A stretch of 64,000 nt of DNA from the human T2T-CHM13v2.0 reference genome, Homo sapiens, in NCBI RefSeq assembly GCF_009914755.1, contig NC_060929.1; one strand, 5' to 3'. Position 1 is the first letter of the stretch. Every line of letters starts with the position of its first letter. Below, one piece after another: positions 13,701-27,582 of this stretch. The notes under the pieces were generated by a model, which did not search any database, was not told the origin of the DNA, and worked only from the letters and a program-made list of their open reading frames with translations. Made by a program: the position numbers and the translations under genes.

Positions 13701-16654
13701 AGCCTACTTCTGTCAACTTGTCCATCTCATCCTCCATCCAGTTCTGTGCCCTTGCTGGACAGTTGTTGTGAACGTTTGGAGGAGAAGAGGCATTCTGGCT
13801 TTTGCGATTTTCGGTGTTTTTTCCTCATCTTTGTGGATTTCTCTACCTTTGATCTTTGAGGCTGATGACCTTTGGATGGGGTTTTTGTGGGAGGGTCTTT
13901 TGTTGATGTTGTTGTTGCTGCTTTTTTAGTTTTGTTTGTTGTTGTTTGCTAGTTTTTCTTCAAACAGTCAGGCCTTTCTTCTGCAGGTCTGCTGGAGTTT
14001 GCTGGAGGTCTATTCCAGACCCTTATTGCCTAGATATCACCAGTGGAGACTGCAGAACAGCAAAGATTGCTGCCTGCTCTTTCCTCTGGAAGCTTCATCT
14101 TAGAGGGGCACTGGCCTGATGCCAGCCAGAGCTCTCCTGTATGAGGTGTCTGTTGGCCCCTGCTGGGAGGTCTCTCCCAGTCAGGAGGCACAGCGGTCAG
14201 GAACCCACTTGAGGAGGCAGTCTGTCCCTTAGCAGAGCTGGTGCGCTGTGCTGGGAGAATCTCCCTTGTCAGGATCAGCCAGTATCTTCAGAGCCAGCAG
14301 GCAGGAAAGATTAAATCCGCTGAAGCTGCTACCACAGCCGCCCCTCCCCTCAAGTGCTGTGTCCCAGGGAGATGAGAGTTCTGTCTGTAAGCCCCTGAAT
14401 GGAGCTGCTGGATTTCCTGCAGAGAGACCTTGCCTAGTGAGGAGGACTCTAGAGAAGCAGTCTGACCACAGCCGCTTTGCTGTGCTGTGGTGAATTCGGC
14501 CCAGTCCAAAAATCTCCCAGTCGCCTTAGCACAGTCAGGGGAAAACCACCAACTAAAGCCACAGTAATGACGGTCACTCCTCCCCCCACCAAACTCAATC
14601 ATCTCAGGCTGACTCTAGACTGCTGTGCTGGCAGTGAGAATTTCAAGCAAGTGTTTCTTATCTTGCTGGGTTCCATGGGAGCATGGGAGTGGGACTGGGA
14701 CCCGCTTGTGAGACTGCTTGGATCCCTGGCTTCAGCCCCCTTTCCAGGAGATTGGACGGTGGTCCTGACTCATTGGAGTTCCAGGCATCGCTGGAGTATG
14801 AAAAAAAAAAAAAATCCTGCAGCTCAGTGCCTGCTCAAACAGCTGCCCAGATTTGTGCTTGAAACCCAGGGCCCTGGTGGTGTAGGCTCATGAGGGAATG
14901 TGCTGATCCGTGGATTGCAAGTGTCCATGGGAAAAGCGTAGTACCTTGGGCAGGTAGCACAGTCTGTCACTGCTTCCCTTTGCTGGAGGAAGGAGGTCAC
15001 CTGGCTGCGTGCACTTCCCACATGAAGCGACGCCCCACCCTGCTTCTGCTGGTTCTCTGTGGGTCACACCCACTGCCAAACCAGTCCCAGTGAGATGAAC
15101 TGGATACCTCGATTGGAAAAGCAGAAATCACCTGCCTTCTGCGTTGGTCTCGCTGGGAGCTGCAGACCTGAGCTGTTTCCATTCGGCCATCTTGGCCCCT
15201 CCCCTTCACGTTGTTATTAAAAGGGATTTCATGCCTACTTCAGCAATATGCCGGTGAAAGGAAGTCGTGCAAAAATTAGCAGATCAAGTGGATATACTTA
15301 TAGATTTTATATTGAAAACCATCAACAAATGAAAATATTTAATGCAAAGCTGCCTTTTCATTGAATATTTACCTGCCAGCTCCAGAGTTCGAAGTCCTGA
15401 TTCTTTCTTCATCAGTCACTGTCGTTTCAAAAACCAAAGGCAGGGCAGAGACCGATATTTCTGCACTGTGTTTGGTCTTTATTGTCAAACAGTGCAATAG
15501 AATGAGTTGACATAAAGAATTCAGAAAATGTGGCAATGGCAATATTTTACAGTTACACTCTATTGCAGTATAAAGAAAAATAAACATTAACTTTTAAAAA
15601 TGCTCTATGGTAACCACCTTGAACTTAAAATTAAAAGCCTAGAGATATCACCCGAGGAACATAATTAGAATTCTCAGAAAGTAATTGCTTAGAACTAGAA
15701 GACAAAAAAGGAAAAGTGTAGTTTTTCCTAAAAAAAGCCTTATTTCCGGAGAAGCATAAAGTACATTCTAACAGGCGATAGTTGATGTGATAACATTAAA
15801 GTAAGATGTAACAGATGCTAAACATCCGAATGCAGATGAATATAAAATTTTTTGGTCTAAAATAATTAAACAAGGTCAACCTAGGACATTCTAATTTTCA
15901 GATGATAATTATATTTGTATTATATTTAAGCATAGTGAGAGGCCTACCTGGTTTTTGGTCAAACATGTTAGAAGGAAAGACCAACTCTGTAGGGGCTGAG
16001 GTAAGTCTTGGAAACTATAAATAGCAAACAACCTACTTAGGGATGACATCCAATTTAAAAATTATAATGGCTCCTGTTTTAAATGACTCCTGTATACTTT
16101 GGGAAAAATATCTATGTTTAAAATGACTAGGGATTTTATCATTTTGTATCTTTTTTCAGTCATGGTTTCTGGAAGAAAAGACTCAAGATGTTCTCAGTAG
16201 CTGCTGTTTTCAGACATCATGAAAGTCTTCTCCTACCCTCTATAAAAACAAACAATAAAACTCTACAAAGGAAAAGCCCACAAAAACATGCTGACTTTAG
16301 AAGAATCCATGATTTAGAATATTTTTATAAATATCTAAGAAAACAGGAGTCCTTTCCATATATATGGTCCTTGGAGATACTTTCCATATATATGGTCCTT
16401 GGAGAATCCAGTTTTTATGAGAAAGGTGATTTCCAAAATCTCTTACACTTTACAATTTCAATTTTGGCCTGAGCATATCTCTCGATTGATCTACCTACCT
16501 ACATACTGATCTATCTTGGATAGAGCACTGGACAAAAGGTAGGCACTGTTTACAATCCACTGACAAGAAAACACATGAAGAAGCAAACCCCACAGCGCTC
16601 TGAAACCTGGAAGAGATGGGTTCTACATGGGTCTGATGGGATTACTGTACTAAC

Positions 16655-17152
16655 CAGCCTCCGAATATCCCGCTCCGACTCCCACTTGATCTTCGAGATG
16701 GCTTCTTGGTGGGACTGATGCTCACTCCGAAGGTCCCCAGCCTTGATTTTATCTGCTTGGATCATATTGCTCAGAGCCTCGTCCACCTGCTTCTTGGCCG
16801 TTTTCAGGTCCGCAATTTCCTGTAAGAGCTTAAGGCGCTCTGTGTCAAACAGTTTCCGGGCCTCCTCCCGGGCCTCAATGGTGAGCGCTGTCCTTACTTT
16901 GTCACTGCTGCCGTCGCGGAGAGCACAGAGAGCAGACTTGAGCCTCTGGATCTCTCCATCACGTACCTTCACCGTCCTTGACATTTCCTGCTCGTGCTGC
17001 TTGATAAGGTTCTCCCTCACAGCCTGCAGCTCCTTCATCTTCTCCTCATGGAGCTTGGCTTTGAGTTCTGTCACCAGCACCGTGTGCTTGCGCTGCTCCA
17101 GCTCACGAATCCTCTTCGCTTCTTGAGTCTTCTCTCTTTCAAGCTTTGATAC
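16655..17152 (-). CDS. JAKMIP2: JAKMIP2 coding exon, 498 nt (VSKLEREK...ERDIRRL), about aa 44-209
   Basis: ORF 16550..17080 lies in this frame. Acceptor ctctctgtttttag|GTA, donor CTG|gttagt. Heptad-rich coiled coil. Confidence 0.96.
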
Positions 17153-17392
17153 CTAAAAACAGAGAGGCGAAATGATGAAGAGAAATGAGCCTCAAAGGAC
17201 GGGTGTGCTCCTAGGCAGGATTTGCAGCTCAGGCCGCTGTGATCTCTTAATTCCTCATCTCTTTTCCAATTCCAGGCCCTCTGAGAAAAAAGAACTACAG
17301 GCCTTGAAGCTGGGAATACAGTGTGTAAGAGGAGGAAATACCTGAGGATATTTATATTACTTTGTTCAGATGAATATTTGATGTTCTGGGGC

Positions 17393-17558
17393 CTTACTAT
17401 GCAATGTGTGGTCTGCAGACAAGCAGCCTCGGTATCACCCAGGAAGCATGTTAGAAGCACAGAATCCCTGGCTTAGCCCCAGATCTATGACTCAGAATTT
17501 GCATCTTAACAAATCCCCATGTGATTGGTATACGCCTTAAAATTAGAAAGTATCGCTA
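17393..17558. mobile_element. MER5-type hAT element
   Basis: gtgtggtc...cagc...atcacc...gttagaa...cagaat...tcagaatttgcat pattern. Confidence 0.7.
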
Positions 17559-17868
17559 TCATGGTTTTTCCCTTTACGGGGAGGACTGCAAAACAGATCG
17601 CCTGGAGAGCTTTTTAGACTACACAACCCTAGCTAGATCCAAACTGATAAATGTGTGTCTTAGAATAGCTCACAGTTTGATATTGTGATAAGGCTAATAA
17701 ATTAGTGCCTCAAGTGATATTATTGAGCATCCGTCTCCCTCTTTTCTTTTCTTTTTTTTTTTTTGAAGAGATGCTGCTGCTGCCAAGGAGGTGAAAAATG
17801 AAGACAGTTGATAATAGCCTCAACCTTACCTTTCTTAGTATGGCAGGTTAGTTTCATCCCCAAGTTTT

Positions 17869-17893
17869 ACACACACACACACACACACACACA
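17869..17893. repeat. (CA)n microsatellite
   Basis: Seen directly. Confidence 0.9.
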
Positions 17894-18409
17894 AACAAAA
17901 AACCACCACCAACAACAAAACTGCAGATCATTGGGTCCTCTCTCTGATGAAGGACTTTAGTGACCATTGTTATTTCTGAATGTGCCATGAATGTCTCTTT
18001 GAGTCCCTTTTCACTCTCACTCCTCCTTCTCCCTTCCTGCCCCACAAGCCAACACTCCAAGTAGTTTGATAAAATATTTCGAATAAGCTTTTTACCTCTC
18101 AGGAATTCCGGTTTAAAACTATTCTATGTTTTGCTAAATTTCCTGTGATAATATAGGCCTCCTTGTAGATTAGCAATGGCACTACCTATTGATCTAATCT
18201 GGCTGTGAGTCTCTGATTCAGTAGATCAGGTGGGGCCCAGACATTTGTGTCTCGAAAAAGCCTCTCCGTGATCCTGTTATGCTGTCCTCCTCCCCCACTT
18301 CATCTCTGCTGCTTGGCTCTGTCTCTGTCTTCTCTCTCTGTCTCTCTCTGTGATACACACAACCCCCGCATGCACACACACACATACACAGAGTAACCTA
18401 GAAAAAGGG

Positions 18410-18754
<345 letters not shown>

Positions 18755-18886
18755 CTAGTTGAGTGATATCGAGTCTCCACCATCTGTAAAATTGGAAGGT
18801 TTTACAAAATAATAGTTAAGAACCTTTCCAGTTGAAAAATCTTAAGATTGAGACTCCATATTTTAACCACTGTAATATAAAGTGTC

Positions 18887-19331
18887 TGTGATGGCTAATA
18901 CTGAGTGTCAACTTGATTGGATTGAAAGATGAAAAGTATTGTTTCTGAGTGTGTTTGTGAGGGTGTTGCTAAAGGAGATTAACATTTGAGTCAGTGGACT
19001 GGGAAAGGCAGACCCACCATCAGTCTAGGTGGGCACATTCTAATCAGCTGCCAGGGAAGCCAGAATAAAGGCAGGGAGAAGAAGGTGAAAAGACTAGACT
19101 CACTTAGCCTCTCAGCCTACATCTTTCTCTTGTGCTGGATGCCTCCTGCCCTTGGATATCAGACTCCAAGTTCTTCAGCTTTGGGACTTGAACTGGCTTC
19201 CTTGCTCCTCAGCTTGCAGACAGCCTATTGTGGGACCTTATGATTGTGTGAGTCAATACTCGTTAATAAACCTCCTTTTATAGATACATCTATCCTATTA
19301 GTTCTGTCCCTCTAGAGAACCCTAATATACA
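18887..19331 (+). mobile_element. MLT2A (ERVL) solo LTR
   Basis: TGTGATGG...ATACA termini, perfect 5-bp TSD gtgtc (18882-18886 and 19332-19336), internal AATAAA. Confidence 0.9.
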
Positions 19332-19595
19332 GTGTCTGAGATTTTACTCACCTTAATAGTTAACCTACCTTTAGCTAGAACAGTATTTTCTAAGTTTGCA
19401 TAGTATTTTGTGAACAGTTTATTTTTAAAGGCGCAGCAATTATTCCCATGATGGTTATTCTAAAAGAGCTTGGGGCACAAGGGGATTTGGTGAAATAAGC
19501 AGCCAGATATCCTCAAATAACCATCCTCTGATCTCACCTCCAGCTTACACCTACGGTCCCTTCCTGGAGGCCTCTTCTTTCTTAGGCTCTAGACT

Positions 19596-19910
19596 TGTGC
19601 TTGTCCTATGTGGCATCCGCTAGTTACCATACTGCAAATTTGAAGTGAGATTTTCTCTCCATGTAAAATATACTCTGGATTTCGAAGACTTAGTGCGAGG
19701 TAAAGAATGTAAAATATCTCCTTTATCGTTTTTATATTGCTTACATATTGAAACTATAATGTTTTGGATAAATTATTCTAAACGATATTATTACAACTGA
19801 TTCTGTTTCTTTTTACTGTTTAAAATTGCAGCTAGCAAGAAATTTTAAATTCACAGATATGGCTTGCATTTGGGATTCACATTATATTTCTCTTGGACAG
19901 TGTTGCTCTG
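19596..19910. mobile_element. MER33-like hAT element
   Basis: gatttcgaagacttagt...aaaatatctc...cacattatatttc..ttggacag motifs. Confidence 0.7.
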
Positions 19911-20823
19911 GAGTTCTTAAAGGTTCATTTGGTGAACCTAGCTTTTCCCACACTCCTGGTGATATTCTCTTAGTAAAGCTCAGTTCTGGTTTTCCTTACG
20001 TATCTGCTCAAAACCACCCAGGCTCTTTTATGTTGTGGAATAAAATCTCAACAGCCCAGCTTCACCTTTCAGGCTCTCAGGAAGGTTTGGTTGGATTTCC
20101 AGCTCCTGCTTCTCCCTCTCTGTCTCCTCACCTGTCCCGTGCTCTAGGTGGGGGGGATTATGCTATTTTCTGCACATGCCTGCATCTCGTACCCAGATGC
20201 CACAGTTTCTTCTTCCTGACTTATTCTTCCATCAGCTCCTTTTGGGATCCTCACATTCCTCATGGCCTGGCTAGAGGTCATCCTCTCCTGTCATGCCACC
20301 CTACTCACCCAGGACAAAGCTCATTTCTCCTACCTTTGTCTTCTCAGTATACTTTTGAAACACCTCCTTAGTAGCGGTTTTCACAGTTTTCTTTGCATTT
20401 TTTTGCCCACTTGTCTGTCCTCATCACCTCCTCTTCTACCCTACCGCAGGCTGGTAACTTTTAGAAAGTTGCCAATGAGCCATCCTCATCTCTGTGTACC
20501 CAGTGGCTCCCAGAACAATATATAAGAAACCAGGTGGCATGTGTAGAACTAAGGATGTATGCTGTTATATCTCTCTGGCTAGGCCCCTAGCCAGAGGCAA
20601 GAATAATATTTTCTGTCATACAGTTTAGAGAATACAGGCTTGCAGGGTTACCAGATCAGCCCCTCCTCAACCCCTTCCCAGTATAAAATGACAACAAAAC
20701 AAAACCCTAACATATAAGAATTCACTTCCCTCTGCTAGGTGTTTCTCTTGGTGCTTCAATAAGGACAATCTAGATCTTACTCTCCATCTTTCTAGAGTGA
20801 ATGGAAGTGGGCATCTTCTAGAT

Positions 20824-21040
20824 TGGGGTGGGCAAACTACCACCCATGAGCCAAATCCATCCTGCTCCTGTTTTTATAAATAAAGTTTATTGGGACACAG
20901 CCATGCCCATTCATTTACATATTGCTTAAGGCTGCTTTCATGCTACAATGGAGTTGAGTAGTTTCACAGAGACTGTCTAGTCCACAAAGCCTAAAATATT
21001 CACTATCTTGCCCTTCACAGAAAGAGTTTGCTGATTCTTA
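20824..21040. mobile_element. MER58A hAT element
   Basis: Typical body and perfect 8-bp TSD ttctagat (20816-20823 and 21041-21048). Confidence 0.88.
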
Positions 21041-24000
21041 TTCTAGATAATGCATTTTTTGAAAGGAAAAGCCTTGTTTTCTATTGATTTAGAAACTACG
21101 ACAATTTACCTTCCATATAAGACCTTGGGAAAGTTACTTCAGCTCAAGTGATAGGAATTTAGTCATCTTCAATTTCTGCAGGATGCACTTACACTAGGCA
21201 TCTGGAACAGTATCATGACTGCAATGGCTGGTGGGTAACAAGGGAAACTTTTAGCCATTCTTCTGAGAACAGTGAAAAACTGTACTAAAAGTGGACAAAG
21301 GGTAAGAAATTCTGGGTTTTTATTCCTGTTTCACTATTTGCTATCTCTAAGAAAGTTGCTTTATCCTTCTGAGGATTTTTGATTACACTTAAAAATGTCT
21401 GTAACTGGGTTATTTTTAGGGTTAAACTAGATTGTGTACGGAAAAGTACCTTGAACTGTAAAGTACTATGAAGTGTAAGGTAATATTATTACTGGATATA
21501 ATAGGAGATACTCCTTGATCTAAAATTATTTATGTCAAATTCTCTGGAGGTGCATCAAATTGTATCTTCCTATGATTCTGTCATTTACCCCAAATTATCA
21601 ACTCAAAGCTTTTGCCTGAGAACTGAAGAGGAGATGAAGGAAATTATTTTTAAAAAAGTAAAAATACAGGTGCATGAAACATGTATTCCAGCCTGAAGAC
21701 AAAAACAAAAACAAACACTGTCTATCCCTTAAAATAATCCATGAAAACTAGAGAAAATTCAAAGGAACTGAGTAACATTTGACATGTTTTTATGTTTACT
21801 TATTTTGGTTGTCATGAAAACTGACATTTTTTTGCAGGATTTCTAGTTATGGCTTCTTTTTAAGTCTGGAAGAAGTGTTTTATTCTGAAGAAAAGCCAAA
21901 CAATGTGACTGAAATTTTTGGGGAAAAAGGCCAATAAAAATTTTCTGAAAATTATTTGCAGTGCAGATGGCACCACTAAGGATATAGATTTAAATCTTAA
22001 TATAAATCTTAAAATGAATATACAAAATTATAAACTATTCCTGAGTAACAATGAAAATATAAAGATGATAATACTTTGAAATGAAGAAAATTATTTAGTA
22101 GAAGAAAGAAACCAATTTTGATACATGGAGATGTTTTACGGAGAAAAATTTCAGCTCAACCATATAATAGCTAGCATTTATTGAGGGTTTAATATGAGTT
22201 AGGCAACTTTCTAAACAGGCTTTACACACATCAGTCCATTTAACCTCCCGGGCGGCTCTATGATGTAGGAAGTCTTTGTTTCATCACAAGTTGTGATAAG
22301 AAAAGTGAGAAACAGTCTTTACATAAGAACAATGTAAAGAAGACTCACTAAAGTACATTGTGGGCCAGGAGCTGGCTCCAGGTAAGTTCCTACACCTCCT
22401 TGTTTGCTCTGAAACCTTGGACACCTCGTATTTGCACCTGAAACCTTGCTTCACCTCTGTCAGCCTCAGTTTTCTCATCTGAAAACTGGGATTGTCGATA
22501 TCATTCTCTTACGGCTATTGTGATGATTGATATAGGCAATGGATCAAAAGCTCTTTAGAAAAGCTGGAACACATTAGAGATTAATAACTATTAATACATG
22601 GTGGATATTATAATATAATTTTAATAAATACTGTGTATATATTAATATTATACACTATTACATTAATACCAACAACATAAATATAAAAGTACCCATATCA
22701 TCCTGATAAGACTAACATTACTATATTACATTATTAAGATGGTAACTGTTTTTCCAACAGAAAGAGATGTTCAAAGATAAAGCTGAGTTTCTTCAGTACG
22801 TATTGTGTTCTCTGGCATTGGCAGCATCTAATCTTGACGTGGAAGACACTTGGGGTGCGTATGGGCCTAAAGAGTGGTGCGGGGTGGGGCAGGGTGAAGG
22901 GGAGAGCACTCGGTAGGGCTTTGAATGATGGGTTTCCAAATCCTTTCTACCCTAGAGGTTCTATGGGAAAAAAGATCATTAGAAAAGTTTAATCCTACCA
23001 AGGAAAGGTTACACTATGACAGGGAAAAAAGAATTTATGACTATCTTGCACAGACCTCATGTTGTATTTTTCTATTCTGTCCTACTTCTGGTCTAGCCTT
23101 TGCAAAATGCCAATGTAAATTCTGCCAAGAGAAAGATAGTGATGATTTGAGCTTCAAAAGTGATCTTAGAAATGTAGGATTAAAAATTGGACAGCTCAGT
23201 CAAAGGTAAGGAAAAGGTTGAGAGGTTATCAAGGCAAGCTAAGCTAACATAAACTTTGGCCTGGATTATCTGCATTGGATGTTCCTGGAGGAACACAGTA
23301 AACTGGCAGGGATTTTCATGGGCACAAAGCAACTCTCAGAGAAGAGGTGTGAAGGAGTCGCTCTAGGAAGATTGCTTACAAGGGAAGTCCTATACAACCT
23401 TACACAATCCAGTGCAAAGGATCCTATTTTTAAAATTTCTTGTTTTCAGCTACTTATGCTTCCTGAAAATAGAACTAAAGGAGTAGATAGGAAAATATAC
23501 CCCATCCCAAATTTGGTACCTGTATCTGGAGGCTGTGGGGACAGTCACTCGAGGATAGAAAATGTTGGTTGATTTTCTGAGAATGCCCTAGAGGCAATAG
23601 ATGCCTTGAATCAGACAGTGAGCATTACCTTGATCACCACCATCTTACAGAAGACAGGAATTCCCATCGCGGCTCCTCCACCAGCTGTGTCTCTTGGAGC
23701 AAATGAGTTAAACAGTTTGAACCTCATTTTCTTCCTCAGTGAAGGCAGAATAGTAATTGCACCCTGTCTTTGTCACGGGCTTGCTCTGATGGTTGTGAGG
23801 CTCGATGTGAAAATGCTTTGCAGTTTGAAGGGCTGTGCCAATGGGACAGCTCCTGTCTGGAGCTGATTATTCTCAGTCTTGCAACCCAGGCCTGTTGCCC
23901 TTCTGCCTCTGCCCTGAGAACCCTGTTCCCTGCTCCTGTCCATTCATTCCCTCTGTCACTGTGCCCATGCTGTTCACGAAACCATAGTTTATCTCTGAGG

Positions 24001-26504
24001 GAGAGTAAAAAGCCCTGGGGCAGCCCGTGGCATGTTCATACACACTAACCAATGGATCATGCACTCATGGTGTCCATAGAAGAGACAAATGGGGCAAATA
24101 CCGCAACTTAGTGGCTCAGGGTGCTGCTCCAAGAAGCAGACAGATCTGGGTGGAAATCCTTTCTCTACCCAAGCCTGGAGTTCTCACCTAAGTGAGTACT
24201 GTAACGGTACTTATGCCACAGGGTTTGGGGGAAAGCTGTTAAAGAGAATCATGTGATTTCATTCAACAAGTAATTTTGAGCACCTCCTACAGGCCAGGAA
24301 GTTTCCTCATCTGTAAAGTAGGGATGACAATGCCCACCTCAGCAGGTGGAAATGAGGATGGAATGAGATAATGGCATGAAAGCACTTAACATGCTTGACA
24401 CAAACTAATTGCTCAAAAATTAGCACTCACACATACACCCTTGTGAGGCAGATACTATTATTGTCCCATTTGACAGATGAAGAAGGAAAAACACAGAGGG
24501 GTTTTATAACCTTCTCCAGGCCAGTCAGGTGCTAGTGAAGCAGCTGGGACTCTGGCAGGATGAAATGTGCTTATCAGCCCATGACAGATAGTAAACATTC
24601 AATAAGTTGTAGCTATTTATATTATCAGCCCAAAGGTCTTAAAATTTGGCTCTATACACAATGGCTGTTCTGTAAATATCAGTGGGATTATTTGTCTTGC
24701 TGGATAAATGAATACTGCCCCATTACCCCAAAGGTTTCCACTTTTTAACTTATCCATTCCCTAGTAGCTGAACTGTCATTTTGTCATCAGAGCCTCAGAG
24801 CCAACCTGAGAGTATAAATTCACACCTTGGCATTGTTCATATTCTCTCTCTTAAAGCCTGGCCCTTTGAAAATACAATCCTATTTATTTATAATAAAAGT
24901 GCTTTATGACTTGTTTGCCCTCTAAATTCCCTTTGCTCTTTGGCGAAGGATGCTGACAGGCAATGAGACTTCCCTTTAGCTCCTGAGCTGGGACCGTAAT
25001 TAACTGCCAAGGAGAGGGAGCCAGGCAGGGGCAGCCAGCAGAGAAAAGGACGAGGCTGTGTGCTCTCATTTAAGAGGCTGGCTGCCAGTCAATTGTTAGA
25101 GGAAGGGGAGATTATGCTTGGCCTGCGGGCTTAGACAACGGTGCCAGGCCCAAGATAAACAGGCAGCCTGGTTCAAACTTGAGAGTTACCCATTTTAAAA
25201 GGCTTGAATATGTGGAGTATTGGCAGTGTTGAAGTCCTCAGAGCCTCTGTTTCTGAGAATCTCATCAGTTTGTTCTCTGGAAAGCAGTAGCAGTTTAGGG
25301 TTCCCAGTCTCGAGATTGACAAGCTTCTTCCTAGGAATGTAGATTGTCATCCTGTCATAACTGCAATTAAAGGAGTCTGCCTCCCTTGAAGTGTGATGTT
25401 GCTGCAGGGAGAGTTAAGGCCAATGAAATGTTCAGAGATTGTCAGACCTGGATGGAATCTTACAGCGAGTGTTTGTCAACACGAAGGCTGGAAGTCATCT
25501 GCATCTGTAGTCCATCAGAATTGCCAGGGCTGCTTTACCGAATTACAAGTCCTGGTTCTCACCTCACTACTTTATCAGAATTCTTGGATTGTGGCCTCAG
25601 GAATCTCGATATTTAATCAGGTCCCCCAGGTTATACCATTGCACAGTGATGCTTGACAAGCACAAATATGGAGAAGCAGATTCAGTCATCTGAATTACAG
25701 ATAGAGACACTGTGACATTTAAATTCATCTCCAAGGAGAGATAAAGACAAATAATGCCCCGTGTCTTCTGACTCCCAAACAAATGCTGTTCTAAAATGAC
25801 ATCATGTTCCCTTTGGCTTCAAGGAAACTAAAAAATTTTCTTCACAAACTTTACATTACAGTCTCTTTATCTAAGGTCAAGGCTTAGCTAAGGCAGGGAG
25901 CAAGAGGCTTTGGCAGATCCAAAGGCCACTTATTATTGTTAAAATGAAGAGAAATAGATTTTGGGAGAAATAACAAATTAAAATTTAATAATGATGTCAA
26001 GGAAGAAGAGGTAGACAAAAATGGAATAAATATATTTGTTGGCTTGTGACTATTGCTTATTGATCAAGAATGTTTTCTTACTGTATAATTATCTAAATAA
26101 GGCAACTTTATGCTGTCATGGTGGTCTCTGGTTTGCAAGGAGCGAAAACATCTTATGAATGCTGGAGATTTCAAAATGCTTTCCTAGACATGACCCTCTC
26201 TGATATTCATACCACCTTGGTGAGATGTGTGTTTGCTTGTGCATTTAGGCGATGGGATTGAGAGAAGTAAAGAGACTTCTAAGTCTAGTTAGCAACTGAC
26301 TTAAATCTATGAATATTAAAAAGAATACTAATATTATAATGTTTTGCAAGTTTATTATGTGTCAGGCAGCTCTCTGAGCACCTGACGTAAATTTTTTTGT
26401 TCAATCCTCATAAGCACATAATATACTTATCTAATTCATACCTCAGTACAGCTGTGATGTGATGAAGAAACTGAGGTATAAGGAATGCATCATCTTTAAA
26501 TTAT

Positions 26505-27040
26505 TCCTCTATTCATTCAACAAATACATATTGAGATTTTAAGTTCTGGATATTATTTAGGCTCTAGGGACACTAAGTAAACTGAATTTCTGCTTTTGTA
26601 GAGATTGAGGAGTGACAGCACTAAACAAGTAAAAAGCAAATGTATGAATTACTATGAAATAAGCTAAGAATAGGCTATGGGGAGTACCTGACAATGGGGA
26701 AGTGTTCTGTTTTAGAGACTGTGGTCAGATGCTTGATGGTTGAGCAGACATCTGAAAGAGGTGAGTGAAGGAGCATGGAGCTGTCCAGGAAGAACAAGTG
26801 CAAAGGCCCTAAATGTGATTGGGGTCTCTCTCTTGATCCAGCAAAAATAGGAAACAGAATGATCGAGAGAGAGAAGTGGGAGATGAGTCAAAGAGGGGGA
26901 TGGAGCTAATATCCTGTAGTGGTAGAGAAAGTCCTTTGAGTCTAAGAGAGATAGGAAGCCCTTGGAAGGTATTGGGCAGTGGAGTAACGTGATGTGCTAC
27001 ATTTCAGAAGGACTTCTCTGAATGCTCTGGGAGTTAATAA
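26505..27040 (-). mobile_element. L2 LINE fragment
   Basis: attcattcaacaaata L2 3' tail and caagtgcaaaggccct core. Boundaries approximate. Confidence 0.65.
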
Positions 27041-27354
27041 CCTATAGAGGGCAAGAGTGGAACTTGCCCAAGGTCATGCAACTATTAAGTGTTTGGCGGT
27101 GGTAAGGGACACTGTCTGAATTTTCATATCTGGCTTCCTGAACCGGGCTTCCAGAGGAGGCTAAGATCTGTCTAGTGAGTATGCTATTTTCACTTTCTGT
27201 GTGTCCTGTGCTCAGTTCCCTCCTGCCACATGCAATAAGCTCTCCATGTTTACAGGGGACGTTGCCCTCTCTGGCAAAGGGCAGGAGTCCACTGGGGTAG
27301 GCCAGCAGGCAGAGCTGTGCTCGCTGCATGTGGACACAGCCAGAGCTGCTCTTA

Positions 27355-27522
<168 letters not shown>

Positions 27523-27553
27523 CTAAATGGAGTCTGTTGGTTTTTAATTTCTT

Positions 27554-27571
27554 TCAAGCAGGTGCTGCCAT
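27554..27571 (-). promoter_or_regulatory. uORF (MAAPA*) with strong Kozak context
   Basis: Minus strand reads cagtaacATGGCAGCACCTGCTTGA; A at -3 and G at +4. Confidence 0.7.
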
Positions 27572-27582
27572 GTTACTGTTTC

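Noticed and set aside
16885-16893. RE1/REST right half-site GGACAGCGC in the coding exon
   Set aside because: The left half (TCAGCACC) is absent; explained by codon sequence.
16743-17126. 127-aa plus-strand ORF (also 546-779, 6057-6263, 27328-27633)
   Set aside because: Antisense shadows of JAKMIP2 coding exons.
17147-17160. AG|GT at the large exon acceptor as a recursive splice site
   Set aside because: The regenerated donor GTATCA is a poor match to GTRAG; explained by the Val codon.
19826-20371. 181-aa ORF; likewise the 190-aa ORF at 62827-63399
   Set aside because: No recognisable domain, coding-like composition or splice support; the first has a non-ATG start inside a DNA transposon relic.
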